A model generated the notes under the pieces. It worked only from the letters and a program-made list of their open reading frames with translations, ran no database searches and was not told the DNA's origin. DNA of 64,000 nt from the NCBI GenBank assembly GCA_046563655.1, contig CM102286.1:4278001-4342000 (forward strand). Direction: 5' to 3'. Position 1 is the first letter of the stretch, and the number at the start of each line of letters is the position of its first letter. The DNA comes from Yuukianura sp. NJ FZ-2021. Its lineage: Eukaryota. The position numbers were made by a program, and so were the translations under genes. Positions 39,388 through 53,800 of the stretch are shown here, in pieces.

Positions 39388-42300
39388 TTTCAAGTAAAGG
39401 CATTAGGTCAACGGACCTCATTTCTACAGATCAACCTCGATTCACAACCAGAGGCGAGACGCACACTGTCGTCAATGGAGAAAGTGTCATTCTACCCTGC
39501 GAAGCTGAAAATCTTGGTAAATTGTAGTTCAATAGCATTAGCAAAAAGGATTTTGATTTTAACTTGATTTACTTTTAGTATTGCCGAAGAAATTGTAAAT
39601 TAAAGTTTTTTAAATTTCTTCTCAATTTGCTAAAATTGCCCATTGCACGAACATTTAAATTCAAGCTCCGACTAAAACATTATCAAAGTAAAAATCAATA
39701 ACTAAAAATATCATTTTCTTTCCGTTTTTTTTTCATTTTGGTTGTTTAAAACGACGCTTTCTTTAAAAAAAAACGGTGAATATTCGTTGACAAGATCAAA
39801 CGGGGAGATTTTTCTTTCTGTTTTGTGTTTACTGGAGCAAGGAGATAAGTTGCCTTTCCTTCTACTTTCTCTTTAAAACCCACTACATCATTATACTTTA
39901 CAGAATAAAAGAAAGTACGTTTCCGTTTTTCTTTTCTTTTGAATAGCAGTTGTAACGACAAGTTCAATAGAAGGGCGAAGAGCAGTGAAAGCGACAGGAG
40001 AAAGGAGCAGGTGGAAGGCAGGAGAAAACGCCATTCCGCTTTCACCCGCCCTTAAACTAAAAATGGACAAAAGATAAGACAGCCAAAATAAATAAAAGCA
40101 AAGAGGCAAGATGAATCAGGGCTAGAAAAGAGTAAAAAGAAAAAAAAAAGCGAGCGGACGTTGCTACTTGGAAGCGATCACAAATCTCACTAAATTTGTT
40201 ACACAAAAAAAACATTTCTTTTGAATTCAAAGCCCATCGAACTGTTACGCAAGTTAAATACGTTGTTTAAAAGTGAAAGCAACTTTCTTTCTTTTTGTGT
40301 TGCTCACACAGCAGTCTTTTTCTACTTTGTGTCCACAACTATTTGGCAAGTTACTTGGATTTTTGCAAAACTTTGCAAAAAGCTGCCAATGATAATTTAG
40401 TTTAAAATAATACAGCGGAAAAAGTCAAATCTGCAAGTATTTGACATTGGTATGGCTATTTTCCTTTTTACTAATCCACGCGGGAGCCGAAACCCAAAAC
40501 CCGGGAGATAATCCAAGGTTAAGAATGTTTGTTTTGCTTTTGATCTGATAAACAACGCAAATGTCAAGGAGAAAAGTCAATGCTAATAGAAGGGTTAATA
40601 TAATTTTCTTAGCTTCTGCCTCCTTCACTAACTTAAGATTTTGTTGAAATAAGACACATGACTCTAGTTGAGATCTTGACTGGATCAAGTAAAAACAGAT
40701 GCGCCACAGCGTTTTCTAAAACAGGTTTAAACTTTATTTTCTCTTATCTCCACGATTCGTACAGAAAAGAGAAGGCTATGTCGTGAAAAGTGAGCGTGAC
40801 GTTAAGAGAATCAAGTTTCAAATTCTGTTACAACAATTTTTAGACGACTACAACATCGTGTTGAAACGCACGAATTCCATTTTGGGTACCATTTAAAAAA
40901 TGAATCAGCTCTGATTTCTTCTTCTTATGCTTTTAACTTTTTAGACCCATTTACTATTGTTTGGAAACGAGGCAACGTCGTACTCACGGCTACTCAATTA
41001 AAAATTACACGAGATCCACGGTTTGAACTTGTAGATGGCTACAATCTCAAAGTGACCAACGCTACTGCCAAAGATGGCGGCCAATACGTTTGTGTAATCA
41101 CCACTTCTGATATGACGGAACAAGTTCACATGTTAGAAGTCCTAGGTAAGCTTTGAATTCACTCAAATTCAAAGAAAAGCTCGAGTTTAGCATTATCAAT
41201 TTGGAGAAATTCTGTTTCAAAACAAATTGGAAAACTCCGGGAATGTAAATTTCATAGTTACATAATGCAATAGAATAACAAAACTGAAATTGATGGAGAT
41301 AATCGGTGTAAGATAACATAAAAGATGAAAATCTTGCAGTGAAAGTATTCCGAGTCAACATTGCCATGTACGGAAAGTTTAAAGATACCCACTCTGTAGA
41401 GTGAAGAGAGCTAATTTAAACTTTTTTTTTGTTTGCAAAATTTAAAATTTGAATTTAAAGTGTCAGAAAAGTTTACTAAAATGAAAATCGTAACTCATTT
41501 TTAATACAGAGAGAATAAATTAATCCTGTTAAACGGGAAGCTTTGGGTATAATTTATTACCGTTGAGGTTACCGCCACTTTCTTCGCTGTGCCATTCTGC
41601 AGAAGGTCTTATAGTACTTCTGTGCCCAACAGAAGAAACCTTGCAGAATCCACCCAAGCACGTATGGCATACGACTCTAAACTTGTGGCCACGGCTAGTC
41701 ATCGCCTTGAATCATCTTGCCCATAAAATTGTTCCTGTGTTCCATAATAACGCCTTCCCTTGCGGTCGTCTATTTTCGAGTTCAAGAGCAGGAGTTACAA
41801 AATTTTGGGAAAAAAAAAGGTTCTGCGCCAAAACCCAAAATTCTGCTAGTCCTGAATTTACGTAGTTCAATAGCAAAAAATCGCTCTTCAGAGCTCGAAA
41901 GTTGGCAAAAGTTAGACAAACACACGTCAAAGATACGAGGAACGCGACGGAGCTGGAGGAAAAATTGTATTGACGGTGCATACTAGGACCCTGGGGAAGA
42001 TTTTGGTAGTCGTACGGGTGAAAGTCCTGTGTGTGCATTATTATTTATTTATGGTAATAAATGTTAGTTCTCTGAAGCACTCAAGTGTTCCTGTACTCAA
42101 CATTTTGGGATGGTTGAGGATAGGGCAGAAGGAAGCGACGGAACAGAAATTTAGCCAAGAACAAATTGATATTTATTCCATTTGACAGTTCCTCGCGGTT
42201 GGTTTAGCAATTACTTGAGAAATCGCTGGAAAGCGTAAAAAGTCAGATAAAAAATGAATACATTTTCAAAGGATTTTTTGGGTACGGAGCGTGGCAACTT

Positions 42301-45300
42301 TTTTAGGAAAACTGTAGCAGTGGAGAGGAAGGGACGCTGATTTTGAGAAGCGCGCTAAAGGGAATGAGGCTTTATTCAGTGAGCCAATCGGAAATGATAA
42401 ATGACTTTTTCCACTTCCCCTAATTTTTTTAACGCCGTTCTCCTGTTTTTGTCTTTTTTGTTTATGCTTCAGAAGCCTTTTTATTGCCAATTTAAGCAAA
42501 GAATTCATATTTTTGACAATTTTGGGGTACTTAAATTCAAGACTTGGTGAAGTATCCAAAAATTACATTAAAAACATTAGATTGACGAAAGTCAATTTGA
42601 ATTTCATAGTTTTCACCAGGTTAAAAATTTTCCCCAACACAAATTCGTTTTAGTGGGAGGTGAAACCGAGTGAGAATTTTTGAGAAAGGAAATGAAATGC
42701 CTAATTTTCAATTCTCACTTTTAGTTGAAATTTTAACCCTTTCAAAGTGCAGGGTCGTAACTCGATTAGAGATCTATCATTTTGAAAATGTAATTTCGGT
42801 CGGTTTGTTTGCAGTTCCTCCGAGTGTCACCATCGAATCTATCAACGGTTATGTGACCGTCATCAAGGGAGACACAGTAACACTCAAATGTCGCGCCAAC
42901 GGAAATCCTTCGCCCTCCATTCGATGGACGCGCAGAGTGAGGCTCTATTTGAATTTTATTCAATTCAAAATGCTTCCCCCGTGGACTAATTTCAGTTTTT
43001 GAAAAATGTTTTTCAGAATAACTTGCTACCGGGCGGAGAGCAATCAGCCGAAGGGAGTAGCTTCACCATTCAGAAAGCTGATAGGTACATGGCTGGAATG
43101 TATGTATGCAGTGCATCCAACGGAGTTGATTCTCCTGCTACTTCAGTAGTCGAGGTCAAAGTTCACTGTAAGTAGCTTCAAAATTACTGTAAGTTTGTGA
43201 ATTTTTTGTAGAATTTAAAATTCTCCACTTTTGATGTTCAAGAAACTTTGTTATAATAGCACCATGGGATTTACAAGTATAACATCAACATTTTATTGCA
43301 CGCAATGAAGTTGAGCTGCGTTTAGATGAACTGAACAGTGTTTCGGTTGCATAAAGCTTGCTTCTGACATGACAGCGACAGAAGACGGATCCAGTCAGTC
43401 AGTTTTTTGAAACTGTTTTGCCAGGCTTTAGATTGTGTTGCATCTGTAGCTGTTTCTATTATTATTGCAAAAGCCATTTCCTGAAATGCTGCTTGCTTGG
43501 ATTCAGAGGAATGCCAAGATTTTATTTGAGTGTCAAGATGACATGATAAGCTCTCGGGATACAGAGGCACTTCCTGTGACATTGATGTTGAAGACTTCAT
43601 TATCCACAGATGAAGTACGCATAAGACCATGTCAGATTTTTAATATCACATGCTAGGATTGTACTGCCGCCAAAAGCAAACCTGACATGCTTAAAAAATT
43701 ACAACTTTCTTGCCATTAGTTTTCTAATTTCAGCCTGAATTTTTAATACATATTTTACTAAATTCGAAAATTTTCTAATTTCCTCATCTCTATAAATTCT
43801 AACAATGTAAAATCCAACAACTAGGAGTCAATCTCATAAAATGAAATCAAAATCCTGGTTGCTTTCATAGCTTCTCTAGTTTGGTTTATAAAAAATGTGG
43901 GGAATGTTTAGTTTAGGCATGTAAACGGGATTGAGCAAAAGTTGGTAAAAAGTACAAGGAGCAGTTAAAAGTGAAGTGTTTAAGTTGAAGTGGGAATTTA
44001 AATTTTAAATTCCTCTCTCAATTTCTTTGCTAAAGTTTTAAATTTGGGCTCCCGGGTATTTTTTTGTGGCGAGGGTAATGCCCTTTGAGAGTTCTGGCGA
44101 GACTTGAGAAGTCAAGGATTCTTCATTGACTTTCTCCTCCACTTTCACTCATCTTCACACTCGCCTTCCTTCTTACACTCGAACAACCTGAACAGCATCT
44201 TCCAAAAGCACAAGGCTCAAGTGAGTCTCAAACATTCTTACATGCCTCTGTGTGCTCAATTTTTTGCAAAAATATTTGTTTTGTAATGAAAATCTCCACA
44301 AAAATCACAAACTCAGACTTATTCAGAAAAGCTTTCACGAAGTTATATTCAACAAACTCTCTAAAAAACTTTCATCACGGGAAAAGTTTTTCTTTAGTTT
44401 ATTTATTTTTTCCAAATTTGTAAAAGTTAAGGTGCTTCATCTTTATGGTTTTGGTGGAAAGTTAACGTGAATGAGACAGAATGATTATCTATCACCTTTG
44501 ATTTCTTTTGTGTGATCTGTACCTATCCAATCCAGATGCTCCAGAAACTCTACTGTTCTTTATAGTAATGAAGTCATTTCTAATTTTCACTTCCAGATCC
44601 ACCTGAAATTGAAGTGGAGAAAACTTGGGTTCATTCTGAAGTGGGCTACGACGTTGAGTTGGTCTGTGAAATTCAATCACAACCACCACCAATTGTAAGT
44701 TAGAGCATTGTTTTATGATTTTTTGTTTTTCAATTTAAAAGAAAGTGAAATTACACTTTTTCATCCAGAGCTGGATGCAAAAATGGTTTGTTCAAGATAT
44801 CCAAACTTTATGAAAAATTTTAAATCTTGAAAACTTTGGTGCTTTCTGATGGCCGCTAGCGCTTATGAAAGTTGAGAGAAACAAATGCTGGATGACGTGA
44901 AAAGTGAAAGGTCAATTAATAGGGATCTTCTGTCTTCAGTCTAATGAAGAGAAGTGAATCTCGTCTAGTGAAAGCTCCTGCTCATTAAGATCACAAACTA
45001 AAGCACACAGCATCCCTATCTTAGCTCAAACAATTAATTCACTCCCAAATGAGTTGTCACGCTAGCCATATCAGACTCTGTTTTAATATTCCAAATTTAC
45101 TTTACACAGTAGCAACAGCGAGCAAAAGCAATTTGTTGGCCAAGAGGCATGTAAATATAAGGACTTGATGTTGATTGCTATAGATTGAAATCAACGAACC
45201 TTGTTATAATATATTTTGTGACTTACTATAATATTTTTTGTGCTACTTAAGGTACGGTGGTTCCTGGATACAATGATTGTGGACAGTTATGGTCGTCGCA

Positions 45301-46297
45301 TAATAGATCAACGTGATTCTCGTCATACGCTCAAAATTCGTAAGGTTATGCCAGGAGATTTTGGAAACTACTCTTGCGAAGGAGTAAACAAGCTGGGCAA
45401 ATCGCGTAAATACATTGTTTTATCGGGTGAGTACGTAGTAGGAGAAAGTTTAGTAATAAAACTGGATTGAAACTGTATATACCCCGGTCGTTCTTTTTGT
45501 TCATACATACAATTTATTAAATTAAATTCAACTGCCTAACGATTTCTAAAATGTTCGAAATGCTTAATGTCAGTCTTTTTTGGCTCATTTTGTTAGGTAA
45601 GCCAGACCGTCCAGTAATTCGGAGCCACTCGGACGGACAATTGAAGGATGCTTACAACATCATTTGGGCTGTCGAGAGCTTCCCACCGATTTTAGAGTAT
45701 AGACTCATCTACCGAAAAGCCAATGTAACTTCCTACAATTTCCGGACTACTTTTCAGAAAGAGAGGTCATAGGTCAAGTATCAAACGGAGCTTAATTGAT
45801 GTTTACTCTCGTTAGGTGAATAATACGCACGACATGGCTGGTTATTGGAACGACTTAATCTTGCCAACGACAGAATCGCCTGAGGCAGTGACTTCGTTAG
45901 CGGCGCCTTTGTCTGCGTCCACTCTTCACGTTGGTTCATACCACATCAGGAACCTGGAGCCGCAAGGAGTTTATGAAGCTCGAGTGGCGGCAAGAAACAA
46001 ATACGGATGGACAAACCCGTCAAAAGTTTTTACTTTCAGTACACAAAGAATCCGTAAGTGACTTTCTCCTTCCATATTGACCTAGTGTACATACCAATAC
46101 AAAGCTCAAACCCATTTGCTCAAAAATTTGAGCAAATCAGTAGACATTAGCAAAATAAAAATACTGTTATTTTTTCGATAGAGGCAGAAAGCCAAAACCC
46201 GGAAATTGGGGATGCATCTTCGTTTACGAGAATCATGAATCTGCTACTTTTTATAAAAACATTCTGCAAATTGTCTTTTTTGTACTCGTTTTTTTGA
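39388..46297 (+). CDS. Ig superfamily adhesion protein copy B (diverged paralog), exon 2 to end
   Basis: Exons 39388-39516, 40945-41145, 42815-42936, 43017-43167, 44597-44694, 45252-45426, 45597-45724, 45816-46053, 46182-46297 (TGA). Same lengths and phases as A/C except the FN3 exon is 27 nt shorter, the 45-nt micro-exon was not found and the last exon differs. All Ig cysteines retained, no stops. Last exon QAESQNPEIGDASSFTRIMNLLLFIKTFCKLSFLYSFF is less certain. Confidence 0.9.
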
Positions 46298-47866
46298 CAC
46301 TCGAGTTGTAAATGTTGCATCAACAAGCATGTATTCTGTTTATTGCTTACCTCCAAAAATTCTTGTGCGCAAAGCCAGATAAAATATATAATTCCAAATC
46401 AGAACTTTTTCTTCAAATTTAGTTTTAAAGATTTTATTTTCATCTGAGTATTTGGATTTTACATACAGTTTGCTTTGAATAATTTTGTTAAATCTTATGG
46501 TAACATCAACCACAGTCCTGGCTATCTGGACTGTAACAACTACTTTTAGCAAAATATGTAATCTTGTACTACTACTCAAATCTATCGGTTAATCTTAACA
46601 GTAAGCGCTTAAGTAGCATGAGAATACAGGTTCATCGTATACAACAGTTGCTAACATCTACTTTTAGAATTAAACTTCTAATAACTTCTACACGACAACA
46701 AAATCTAAGTAAGCGATTATTGCTGATTACTTGGTTTCAATTGTTACAAACACTTTTCTGCATACCAAATGCATATTTTCTGCACTTGAAAACATTTTCA
46801 TTACAAATATCTTCTTTTCACTTTAGAGTTAAGCAGTACAAATTTAATTTTAACTTAAAACAATATAACTTACATTTACCTTAATAAACTTCCAGAAAAC
46901 AAATAGTTTTAGTTCGATTTGAACGCATACAGAGAGCATAAAGAAAACTTTCATACTCCTCACACTCCACAGGAAGTTGTTGTGTAGTTACACGATCCAT
47001 GCAAACCATTAAACAATTTTCCACTACATCCCTACCTTGACTAGGTTAGTTCTAAATTTAATTGAAATTAATTACCTAAGTAAATGCCAGGATAAAATTA
47101 ATTTAGAATATCTTTTAGTAGTTTTAAATTACTGGCTCTTGGTTTATGGTAAAACATATGACGCATCACATATTTGCGTAATTGTGTGGATGAATTTATG
47201 TAAATTTTTAAATATTGCGGGTTTATTACGATCGATTAAGAGGATTTGAAGTACCAATCAAAGGTTTTATGTTAAGTTACGTATATTAGCTGCCATTGTT
47301 TGGAAAAAAAAATTGTTCAAAGCTATCCTGGCAAAAATTTCTCCCTTTTATTGATTTGCGCTTTAGTATGTATGTCGCGACAACAAATAATTTTGTTAGC
47401 CTTTTTTGAATGAAGTTTATAGCTTGTTTTATGTTATGTCAACAAATTAAGTTGGCAAACGTATCTACATGTTAAACGTCAAGAAGGCACACTTCAGAAT
47501 CATTCAAATATTTACCTGTACTTTCACTCACTGACAAGACAAAACAAGAGTTTAGTCACACACAACACTTTTATGGGGGTGATCATCACATGATTGGCTG
47601 GTTTTACCGACAAACATCACTGTTATAAAACGAATTAATTTTAGACTAAGGGATGTTAAATTTACTCAACCAGCAATGTTTGAACATATTGTAGACAAAA
47701 TGTTTTATGCTCAAATAACGCCATGGTACTTGACAATAACATTTTAAAATGGAAGTTTAGACGCTAGTATGTAGTAGTTACCATACAAAACTTCTGAATT
47801 AAACATAAGCTCAAAATTAGTCATGCCTTGGCTGCTTCTTTGTTTTCGGAATTTGGCTAACTGACC

Positions 47867-50800
47867 TCAAAGTGGAATGTTTCCCAAGAATACTGCAAAG
47901 AGAAGCAGAAATCTGCAGAGTGAAGAGGAAGAATGGACTGATTCGGCGTAGTTAGTTTTAGCTGTTATTCCTAAGTCACGGACTTCCGGTTCTGGAAAAA
48001 TTTTGAAAAATATTTCTCAGCAACATTTCTTGACGCATTGCGTTCACTTGTATTTGACTGTAACCATTATGCAAAAAATCACAAAACTCATTTAAAGCTT
48101 ACCTGTTAGCACGTCGCGCTGCGGTGACGATACAAACGGGTAGTGATCTAAAAGCAACAAGAGTTGTGAAGTAAATTTGCTCTGTCGTAAAACTAAATCA
48201 AGGTCAGTATGGTTCTTGTCACAATCCCAAGGTTACGGAGATGGTCACGTCTCCAAGTCAGTTTGTGAAAATGAAGAAGTGAAAGTATTTACCTGTTCTT
48301 CGTGTGTGAAAGGAGTAGAGTTCTGATGGGTGAGCCCATCCGTATTTGTTTCTTGCCGCCACTTGAGCCTCATACAGTCCTTCTGGCTCCAGGTTCTTGA
48401 TGTGGTACGACTTGACATGGACGATGGACGCAGACGAAGGGGCAGCTAACGAGGTCACCGCCCGAGGCACCCCCACGCTCCCCTGGTAGTACATGTACTC
48501 TGTCGCAGGCAGAACCACGTCGTTCCAGTCACCAGCCATCTCGTAAGTGTCGTTCACCTAACCAACCAACAACAATTATAGGTCAGGTTAAGTGCAGTTA
48601 CAACAGTTTGACCTTTGACCTCTATGCAGTTTCTCTTACGTGTGCTTTGCGGTACAGGAGTCTGTACTCTGTAATGGGTGAGAAGCTCTCGACAACCCAC
48701 GTGATGTTGTAAGCATCTCGGAGTCGCCCGTTCGGGTCGCTCCGGAAAACAGCTCGGTTTGGCTTACCTAAGAATGCAGTGCCATTTTTCACAAAGTTTT
48801 CATTTACAAATTTGAAATTGCAGTGTTTTGGTTTTGTCATTTTGTTTTTACCTGAAAGTTCAATGTGACGCTTTGTTTTGCCCAGTTTATTGTCTGCTTC
48901 ACACGAGTAGTTGCCAAAATCAGAGGGCTGTACTTTGCGAATTATGAGTGAGTAGCGAGAACCGCGTTCTTCTACGAGACGCCGATCAGTGGTGTCCAAA
49001 ATCATCGTATCTCTGAACCACCTCACCTAAAAATTCAACAACATTTTTGATTAAAGTGAAACTATATTTTTTAAACCCAAAAAGATTTATTGTTGCTACA
49101 AAATCTACATATGCTAAACCTTCCTCCTTTTTGCAGACTTTTCTGTAAGCTGTAATTGACGGAAGTGAAACTGACTTTACTGTAACTGGATTAATCCAAA
49201 TGAATTGAATACTTCCCTTGCTAAACTGCCATTTTACACTTCTGCAAGCCTAACAGATTTGTTTTGGGGGTTGAATAATATTAGTCCTAAAGGTGCTAAG
49301 GGCTTAAGGTAGAGGCCCTATTTCACATGAAGTGCCATAAATCTTTTAAAACAAATTTATGTTCTCCTGCTAAAGCTGAAACGCAAGTGGAACGCATAAG
49401 TGTGTTAGCAGGAGTTGTTTAGTTTATGTATGCCGTAACTGAGGAAAAACCTACCTCTCCAAACCATGTTTTCACTAAAACTTTGTTACAACATGGAAAT
49501 GTTTTTTAAGTTAATCCTGTGGGGGGAAAACTTAACTTCAAACTAAAATCTCTCCAAATTCCAAATTTAGCTGGCGATGAAATAATTTGAGCGCTTTACG
49601 TCAGTCGAAATTTGAAACGGACTGCTTTTTGCCCATTTCCCGCCCAAAAAGAGGATACATCATCTTTAGTCATTTTCATCCCTACGATTAATTATACGAG
49701 TTGTGATGAGACTCAGGAAATCCTAACAAATGACCCTGCGAAAAGCCTCCAGAACTTTCACTCTCTATTTGCTCAAAGAGAAAATGCCTTTGGAAGCTTT
49801 GGAAAGTGGAGATTGTGGAATTATGAAGCTCCAGAACCACTAATGATCAAAAATTAATGAATCCAACTTCAACTTCTCAATTCTAGTACTTCAAAATCTA
49901 CAACTTCAAAAGTCAGAACTCAAAAGTCAAAGTCCATCATGAATAAATTCAAACCATAATCAAAATCCAAAAATTGTCTGTCTGTGAGATCGAATCCTGT
50001 CGGTCACTCGCAATAAAAAAAGTGAATGAAAAATTGCCTATGAGCATAAGGAATTTGCTATTTCCTTATTCCCTTTCAATTTCATTCCATGCTGATGAGT
50101 CTGTTCCCATGAGGTTGGTGAGCTGTAAACTCTCCGTAAAAACAAGCAGTGGACCTGCCTTTCTCATCAGCATATGTAACGTAACTGTAAAGTGACGTCC
50201 CGAGTTGTCTTGCTTATCAACTTTGTATTAGCGTTTTTCCCGATGTGTTTTTCCTAATACCTAGAGTCACCTTCTCTAGCCGAATGGAAAGATAGTAAGC
50301 AACTCACAACGCGAAGTAGTGTAAGGCCCTGTAAGGGGGGACTACCTCTCGTACCCATTCAAAAAAAAAAAAAATTCAATATTGAAGGCACAAAAATAAA
50401 TAGACTAAAATTTGAGTTGGACTAGAATTAATTTTGCTTGCAAATAAATTATAAATGAAAAACAACGCCTTTCTAGAATGATTAATGACTGGAATCCTTT
50501 GGTGTCTATCTTTGCTAAAAGATCTGACAGATCAGTTTGGATTTCTCAATCAATTTGACTCAAGTCAAGGAGATACTAAAGGGTGCACTGTAGCAAAATT
50601 TAGGTTAGGCCGACTATGTTTTAATGAGCAGAGCTCAGTCAGAGGAAGATCACTTGTCTTCATTAAGACAGAAGACAGGAGCTCCATTTAATTGACCTTT
50701 CACTTTCTACACGAACCTACATTTGTTTTAGCAGCTTTCCTTGCTAAAGAACTAGGTTAGGTTAGGACTTCCAACAAAGTTGGACTAGGAACGAGCAGAA

Positions 50801-53800
50801 GGAGAGGAAACGAAGCTGGATTTAAATTGACTTCCATTTGATTCTCTTGACTTGGTTCTAATGCTACCCCAGTGACCAATCCAATTCTGAGCGGCGTATC
50901 AACTCCCAAAACTTCCAACTTTCTCTTTGTTTTCTCAAGAGTTTGCCGCTTTTTTTCAAAATTTAAAAATGACTCAAGTTTCTCTCGTTCTTTTTTAAAA
51001 AGAAGTTAATAAAATTAGTAGTTCCAAGGAATGAGCTTCAAATAAAATTTTAATGAAGACGTTTATGTCTTTTCTAAGCTAATGATTTCAGTTCTGAATT
51101 TCCGGAAAGTCAGAAATGGGCAAGTGCCACAATGGGAGAAAGTAGCTATTTCTTTCTCCGCTAAAATGTTTTATTCATCTTCATTTGTTAAGTTGGGCCG
51201 AGGGAAACTTCATCATCATTAAACACGCTTTGAGTCACAGAGGGAAATGTATTTCATTCTTCACAGTGTTCCTCAAATCCCTTGTCCAGCCTTTAATGTT
51301 TCAGTTTTGGAGTCAAATGGAATTTTTGGGAAGTCAATTTTAAAAAAAAACTACTATTGCGCAAGTTGTGAACTGAAACAAAATTAAACTTGAGTTACTT
51401 ACAGAAGCTGTTGGATCTGAATGAACAATGCATGCCAATTCAGCCTCATAGCCCTCTCCAGAATGTACCCAGCCTCTTTCCACGTCAATTTCAGGTGGAT
51501 CTAGAAGTGAAAATTAAAATTTAGCACCAAAAGTTTAAAATTATTTTTAGAAACTATAAGCATAGATGATTAAACCAAGCTGTACGCACGGAAAGTTATA
51601 TTCTTCATACCTTCATTACTAGAAACAAATTTAAGCTTAGGCTGGAGTGATCTTTGGTATAAGTAAAAAGTGTAGTTCATATCGAGACAGAAGTTTTTTT
51701 CAGCGAAAAAGTTATTTTCACTTCAGTTTTTTTTTCTAGTCCGGTGGGAGTAGCAGTTTTGTGCTTGTGTTAGAACAGTGGAGAAAGTCGCGCAATGAGT
51801 GAGACCTTGGAAGAAAGTAAACGTGGGATACTCAGTTTCCGTCTTCTTGCAGCTCGTTAACGATATTACTCTCACCAAAGTTTCTCAAGAAAAGTATACT
51901 TGAGAGACCCAATCTAAAATTTAAATTCCCACTTCAGCAGTATTTTACAACAATTTCTTAGCCAACTTTTTCAATTCTTCATCTCCCAACATCTCGAGAA
52001 GTTTCTTTTACTAAATTCATTTTGGCAACCCTCAAATTAACATTTTTCATTCCTCACTCTTGGTCCACAAAAGTACAACCTTCAAAAAAAAATTGGAGAG
52101 TGACAGTAACTTCAATACTCCAACAGAGTTCCTTGTTTAAACAAACGTGTGTAAAGTATTCCAAAGTTTTGAAACAAAAAACTGCATCCTCGTTTTTTTT
52201 CTCAAAGCGCAAACTTTTCTGAATCTCGTTTTTCGCAAGTGCGGGAAATTTTGAAAGTGCCAATTTCAAAAAATATTTGGGCGCAAGATGTTGCAAAAGA
52301 CTCAGGATCATCGCGTCTTCAAATTGCTTGAAAATTTTCTCCAGCTGATATCACTATTTTCTCTTTTCGTAAATGATAATTTCTTTAGTACTTTTGGAAA
52401 TAACCTTCTAAATGAGTTTCTAAGGAGCGTCTGGCAACAGTGATAGTTTTGTCAACGACTAGCATTATCCTGTGTCGCTGAGTCTTAAGCATTCTTAGTT
52501 TGTAATAGCCACAGCTAATGGAAAGTGACACGACAAGAAAGCAGGAGAAAGTCTATTAAAAGGCGGCATTCATTAACGTGCCAGAAAGTGTTAACTGGAA
52601 TTTTCAATGCAAAAACATAACCGTTATTTCCTTGGAGCTCAAATGCCTGCGATACGCCAAATACTCCGTAATGTAAAACTTTATTATAAAATGAGTTTCC
52701 GGCGTTCACTGAGCCTCACCGTTGAGCGTTGTGAGAAACGATAACGTTCCTGACCTACTTTTTGTGCAGATTACCTTCGGAGGTAGGCCAGTTGCCAACT
52801 TATTTATGTGAAACAAGAACCCGCATAGAAAATAGTTTATGGCTAACTGCATTCTAAATACTTACATTGAACTTTGACCTCGATTACTGAAGTGGCAGGA
52901 GAACCAACTCCGTTGGATGCACTGCATACATACATTCCAGCCATGTACCTATCAGCCTTCTGAATGGTGTAGCTACTCCCTTCGGCTGATTGCTCTCCGC
53001 CCGGTAGCAAGTTATTCTGAAAAACATTTTCAAAAACTGAAATTAGTCCCCGGATAAAGCATTTTGAATTGAATAAAATTCAAATAGAGCCTCACTCTGC
53101 GCGTCCATCGAATGGAGGGCGATGGATTTCCATTGGCGCGACATTTGAGTGTGACTGTATCTCCCTTGATGATGCTCACATGACCGTTGGCAGAGTCGCT
53201 GGAAACACTCGGAGGAACTGGAAACGAACCGACCAAAATTACATTTTCAAAATGACAGATCTCTAATCAAGTTACGACCTTGCACTTTCAAAGGATGAAA
53301 AAAGCTAAATTAGAATCGAAAATTAGGCATTTCATTTCCTTTTCTGAGAGTTTAAATTTTTGCTTGTATTCAGAGTTCATTTAGCTATCTAGCAAAATCG
53401 AAAACTTTGGCGGGTTTATTTGCAACAAAATTTGATTTGCAACACTAGTGATCTAATATAAACTCAAACGCCGTCTGATTCCACGCCGGTGCGAGATCTA
53501 ACGTGTGTATACAAAATGCTACTCCGTTCTAAAAGTACTTCCCGCGAAAAACTTGATTTACAGCGTTATTAAAAAAGTAAGAAATTTTTTATGGTTGAAA
53601 ATGATTCAAGACGATGGTTGGCCACAAGTCAAGTGTGATGCGTAATGCGTTAACGCTGAGCCATGTGGTTCCTTGTGGTGTCTACGACTTCGGATGCCAG
53701 GCTACAGAAAGTTAGAAATGAACACAGGAGAAAATAGGAACCTCAAGAGCCCATAAATTATTCCCGAAAGATCCCCTTGAACAGGATTAATTTATTCTCC

